This document shows, piece by piece, positions 35,359 through 37,475 of a stretch of DNA of 37,475 bases. The DNA comes from Candidatus Zixiibacteriota bacterium. Lineage in GTDB: Bacteria; Zixibacteria; MSB-5A5; UBA10806; 4484-95. Where the stretch lies: NCBI GenBank assembly GCA_029932605.1, contig JAOZPT010000021.1:1-37475 (forward strand), read 5' to 3'. The notes below the pieces were generated by a model, which was given only the letters and a program-made list of their open reading frames with translations, was not told where the DNA came from and did not search any database. Each line of letters starts with the position of its first letter. Position 1 is the first letter of the stretch. Made by a program: the position numbers and the translations under genes.

Positions 35359-37475
35359 ATGTTTCATTTAAAAATATTATCCCATATGTTTCTGGCTATT
35401 TTGCTTATAGGAATTCTGTCTATATCCGCTTTTTCTGATGAGAATAGCTGGTCAACAAATGGTCCTTATGGTGGAAGTGTAAAGACAATTGCTATCCATC
35501 CATTCAATAGACAAATTATTTATTTAGGAACCATTCAGAATGGCATGTATAAGACGACAGATTCAGGTGAAACCTGGACTCATCTTGAAGCTGAAGATGT
35601 ACATCCAACTATGCGTGTAATAACCATTCATCCACTCGGGCCGGACACCATGTATGCGGCAACAGCACAGGGTATGTACAAAAGCACAAACGCAGGCGTT
35701 GATTGGAATATGCTCTATCCTCCAACAGCTCCAGAGAATGAAATTAGGGCTTTAGTTATACATCCTGTTGAACCTAATATATTGTTTGCTGGTGGGATTT
35801 TTGTTGATTGGAGATCAACGGATGGTGGTCAAACATGGGATAGACTTGAAATTCCTTTAGGAATAGGTTTAGAAGACATTGACATTGACCCTATTAATAC
35901 TGACATTATCTATTTGATCTGTGGTTCAGCAACTTTGATCGGTTTAGGAGTCTGGAAAAGCTATGATAAAGGAGAAACATGGTATAATATACATAATAAT
36001 TTAGACAGCACAGGTTATCTTATCGATATTGAAATTGATCCGTTTGATACTGATGTTCTTTATTTATCTAAACTCAATGCCGAACCACCAACCCCAAATG
36101 ATAGTACTTGTCTTTACAAATCGACTGATGGGGGTCAAACATGGTTTGATAATACTCCAGAAGGACTTACCAGACCTTATATTAAGACTATTAGGGTATC
36201 ACCATTTAATCACAATACAGTTTTTATTTGTACCTCTCAGGATGGCGTTTTAAAGAGCACTGATGGTGGCATGCATTGGCAAGCCATAAATGAAGGTTTA
36301 AAAGTAAGGGGAACAGCAACTCTTGAAATTGATACTACAAATGGAGAGATTTATCTTGGAACTTATGATGATGGTATTTACAAAAGCACAGATGAAGGAG
36401 AAAACTGGCAGAAAATAAGCTATAATATATCTGCTTCGGTTTGTATGGATATTGCTATCAGTAACCATCAGCCTTCGATTGCATACGTAACATCTCTTAA
36501 TGGTTTGCATTGCTCTACAGATAATGGTCAATCATGGAATTATGTAAATGTTGGTTTCCCTTATATCCATGGCCCCCATGCTGTTGTTCTCGACGAACAT
36601 ATGCCCGGGTATATATACACAGCTACTTTTCATAAAACTAGAAAACCATTACCGTTATATCCAACAGGTTTTTATCGCTCGACAGATAGCGGTATTTCAT
36701 GGGATTTTTTCAATGATGGTCTTCCCGGCAATATTAACTATGTAGATATGGCGATTTCTTATGTTGATGAAGAAGAAAGAATTTTCCTATCTTCCAGCCA
36801 GGGTCTTTATTACTCAGATGATGTTGGTGAAACATGGGCAATATGCAGTGATGGGTTGCCAACCGATTACTGGTTCGATATTGTCGAAGTAGCCCCTTGT
36901 AACAACAAAATAATTGGCGTAGGAGGTGATTTTAATCAATTTTTTATATCTCGCAATAGAGGTGAAAACTGGATATTAGCTGGAAGATTACCAGCACCTG
37001 ATGATCTATATATCACCGATATAGAATTTCATCCCTTCGATCCAGAACATATTTTTGCCATTAGCTATTTTGAGGGTCTTTTTGAATCTACTGATGGCGG
37101 AATGAACTGGGTTAATATCAATAATAATATACCCTGGGATAATCATATTATTCTGTGGGGGATTGCCATAAATCCGCTTAATCCTTTGAATATGTTTGTA
37201 TCTTCAAACCACATAGGAGTGTGCCAGACGCATGATGGTGGCCAGACCTGGGAACTGTTAAATAATGGTCTTGATACAACTTGTGCCCCTGGTAATATCA
37301 AATTCGTTCCTGATGATACTGCCAGTTTATTTTTTGCATCTTATACCAGATCTGTTTGGGGCATTACACGAACAGCTACTGAAATAACTTGTAATAAAAA
37401 CATTCTTTCAGATAATTTCGGTTTGCATAATTACCCCAATCCCTTTAATATCTCGACAATGATTAGATACAATCT
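35359..37475 (+). CDS. Secreted Asp-box (BNR/VPS10-like) double beta-propeller with T9SS-type C-terminal sorting domain (partial, absent from the ORF track)
   Basis: GGAGA RBS and ATG 35359; signal peptide; WSTNGPYGG; 13 Asp-boxes (e.g. KTTDSGETW, RSTDGGQTW, QTHDGGQTW); ends ..FGLHNYPNPFNISTMIRYN in frame at the window edge. Confidence 0.9.
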   Translation, partial: MFHLKILSHMFLAILLIGILSISAFSDENSWSTNGPYGGSVKTIAIHPFNRQIIYLGTIQNGMYKTTDSGETWTHLEAEDVHPTMRVITIHPLGPDTMYAATAQGMYKSTNAGVDWNMLYPPTAPENEIRALVIHPVEPNILFAGGIFVDWRSTDGGQTWDRLEIPLGIGLEDIDIDPINTDIIYLICGSATLIGLGVWKSYDKGETWYNIHNNLDSTGYLIDIEIDPFDTDVLYLSKLNAEPPTPNDSTCLYKSTDGGQTWFDNTPEGLTRPYIKTIRVSPFNHNTVFICTSQDGVLKSTDGGMHWQAINEGLKVRGTATLEIDTTNGEIYLGTYDDGIYKSTDEGENWQKISYNISASVCMDIAISNHQPSIAYVTSLNGLHCSTDNGQSWNYVNVGFPYIHGPHAVVLDEHMPGYIYTATFHKTRKPLPLYPTGFYRSTDSGISWDFFNDGLPGNINYVDMAISYVDEEERIFLSSSQGLYYSDDVGETWAICSDGLPTDYWFDIVEVAPCNNKIIGVGGDFNQFFISRNRGENWILAGRLPAPDDLYITDIEFHPFDPEHIFAISYFEGLFESTDGGMNWVNINNNIPWDNHIILWGIAINPLNPLNMFVSSNHIGVCQTHDGGQTWELLNNGLDTTCAPGNIKFVPDDTASLFFASYTRSVWGITRTATEITCNKNILSDNFGLHNYPNPFNISTMIRYN

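Noticed and set aside
36029..36745. Track ORFs 36029..36253, 36298..36531 and 36548..36745
   Set aside because: They lie within the long Asp-box ORF starting at 35359, which the track missed because it has no stop in the window.
1..37475. CRISPR array, IS element, prophage or rRNA
   Set aside because: No regularly spaced repeats, transposase, integrase, phage structural genes or rRNA-like sequence seen by eye.

Overview
Bacterial chromosomal window of roughly 35-40% GC (estimated by eye), almost entirely on the + strand. A C-terminal NYPNPFN sorting motif suggests an FCB-superphylum organism; Zixibacteria-like is my inference. In order it holds: a SnoaL-like lipoprotein, rfaE2 and a TolB-like propeller; TPR protein, Xaa-Pro peptidase, accB and PilT/PilU; a decayed minus-strand secreted thermolysin-like (M4) gene; a catabolic cluster (divergent sucC, D-2-hydroxyacid dehydrogenase, divergent sucD, class 3 asparaginase, HD hydrolase, membrane protein, tryptophanase); an M15/LAS-like peptidase; an ECF sigma/zinc anti-sigma/two Spy-CpxP-like module and nfeD-SPFH; the yceD-rpmF-plsX-fabH-fabD-fabG-acpP-fabF-rnc cluster; an orphan etfB; a 1727-aa Ser/Thr kinase-STAND ATPase-TPR-GAF-sigma54 activator; tRNA-Arg(CCG); proS; and a small Cys-rich secreted protein followed by an Asp-box double beta-propeller with a T9SS-type tail, cut by the window end. 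No CRISPR, transposase, integrase or rRNA was seen; several REP-like hairpins occur. The best candidates for undescribed biology are the remodelled SucCD with an embedded 2-hydroxyacid dehydrogenase, the one-protein kinase/STAND/sigma54 activator, and the secreted Cys-rich protein plus propeller pair. All calls rest on motif recognition by eye; no database searches were run.
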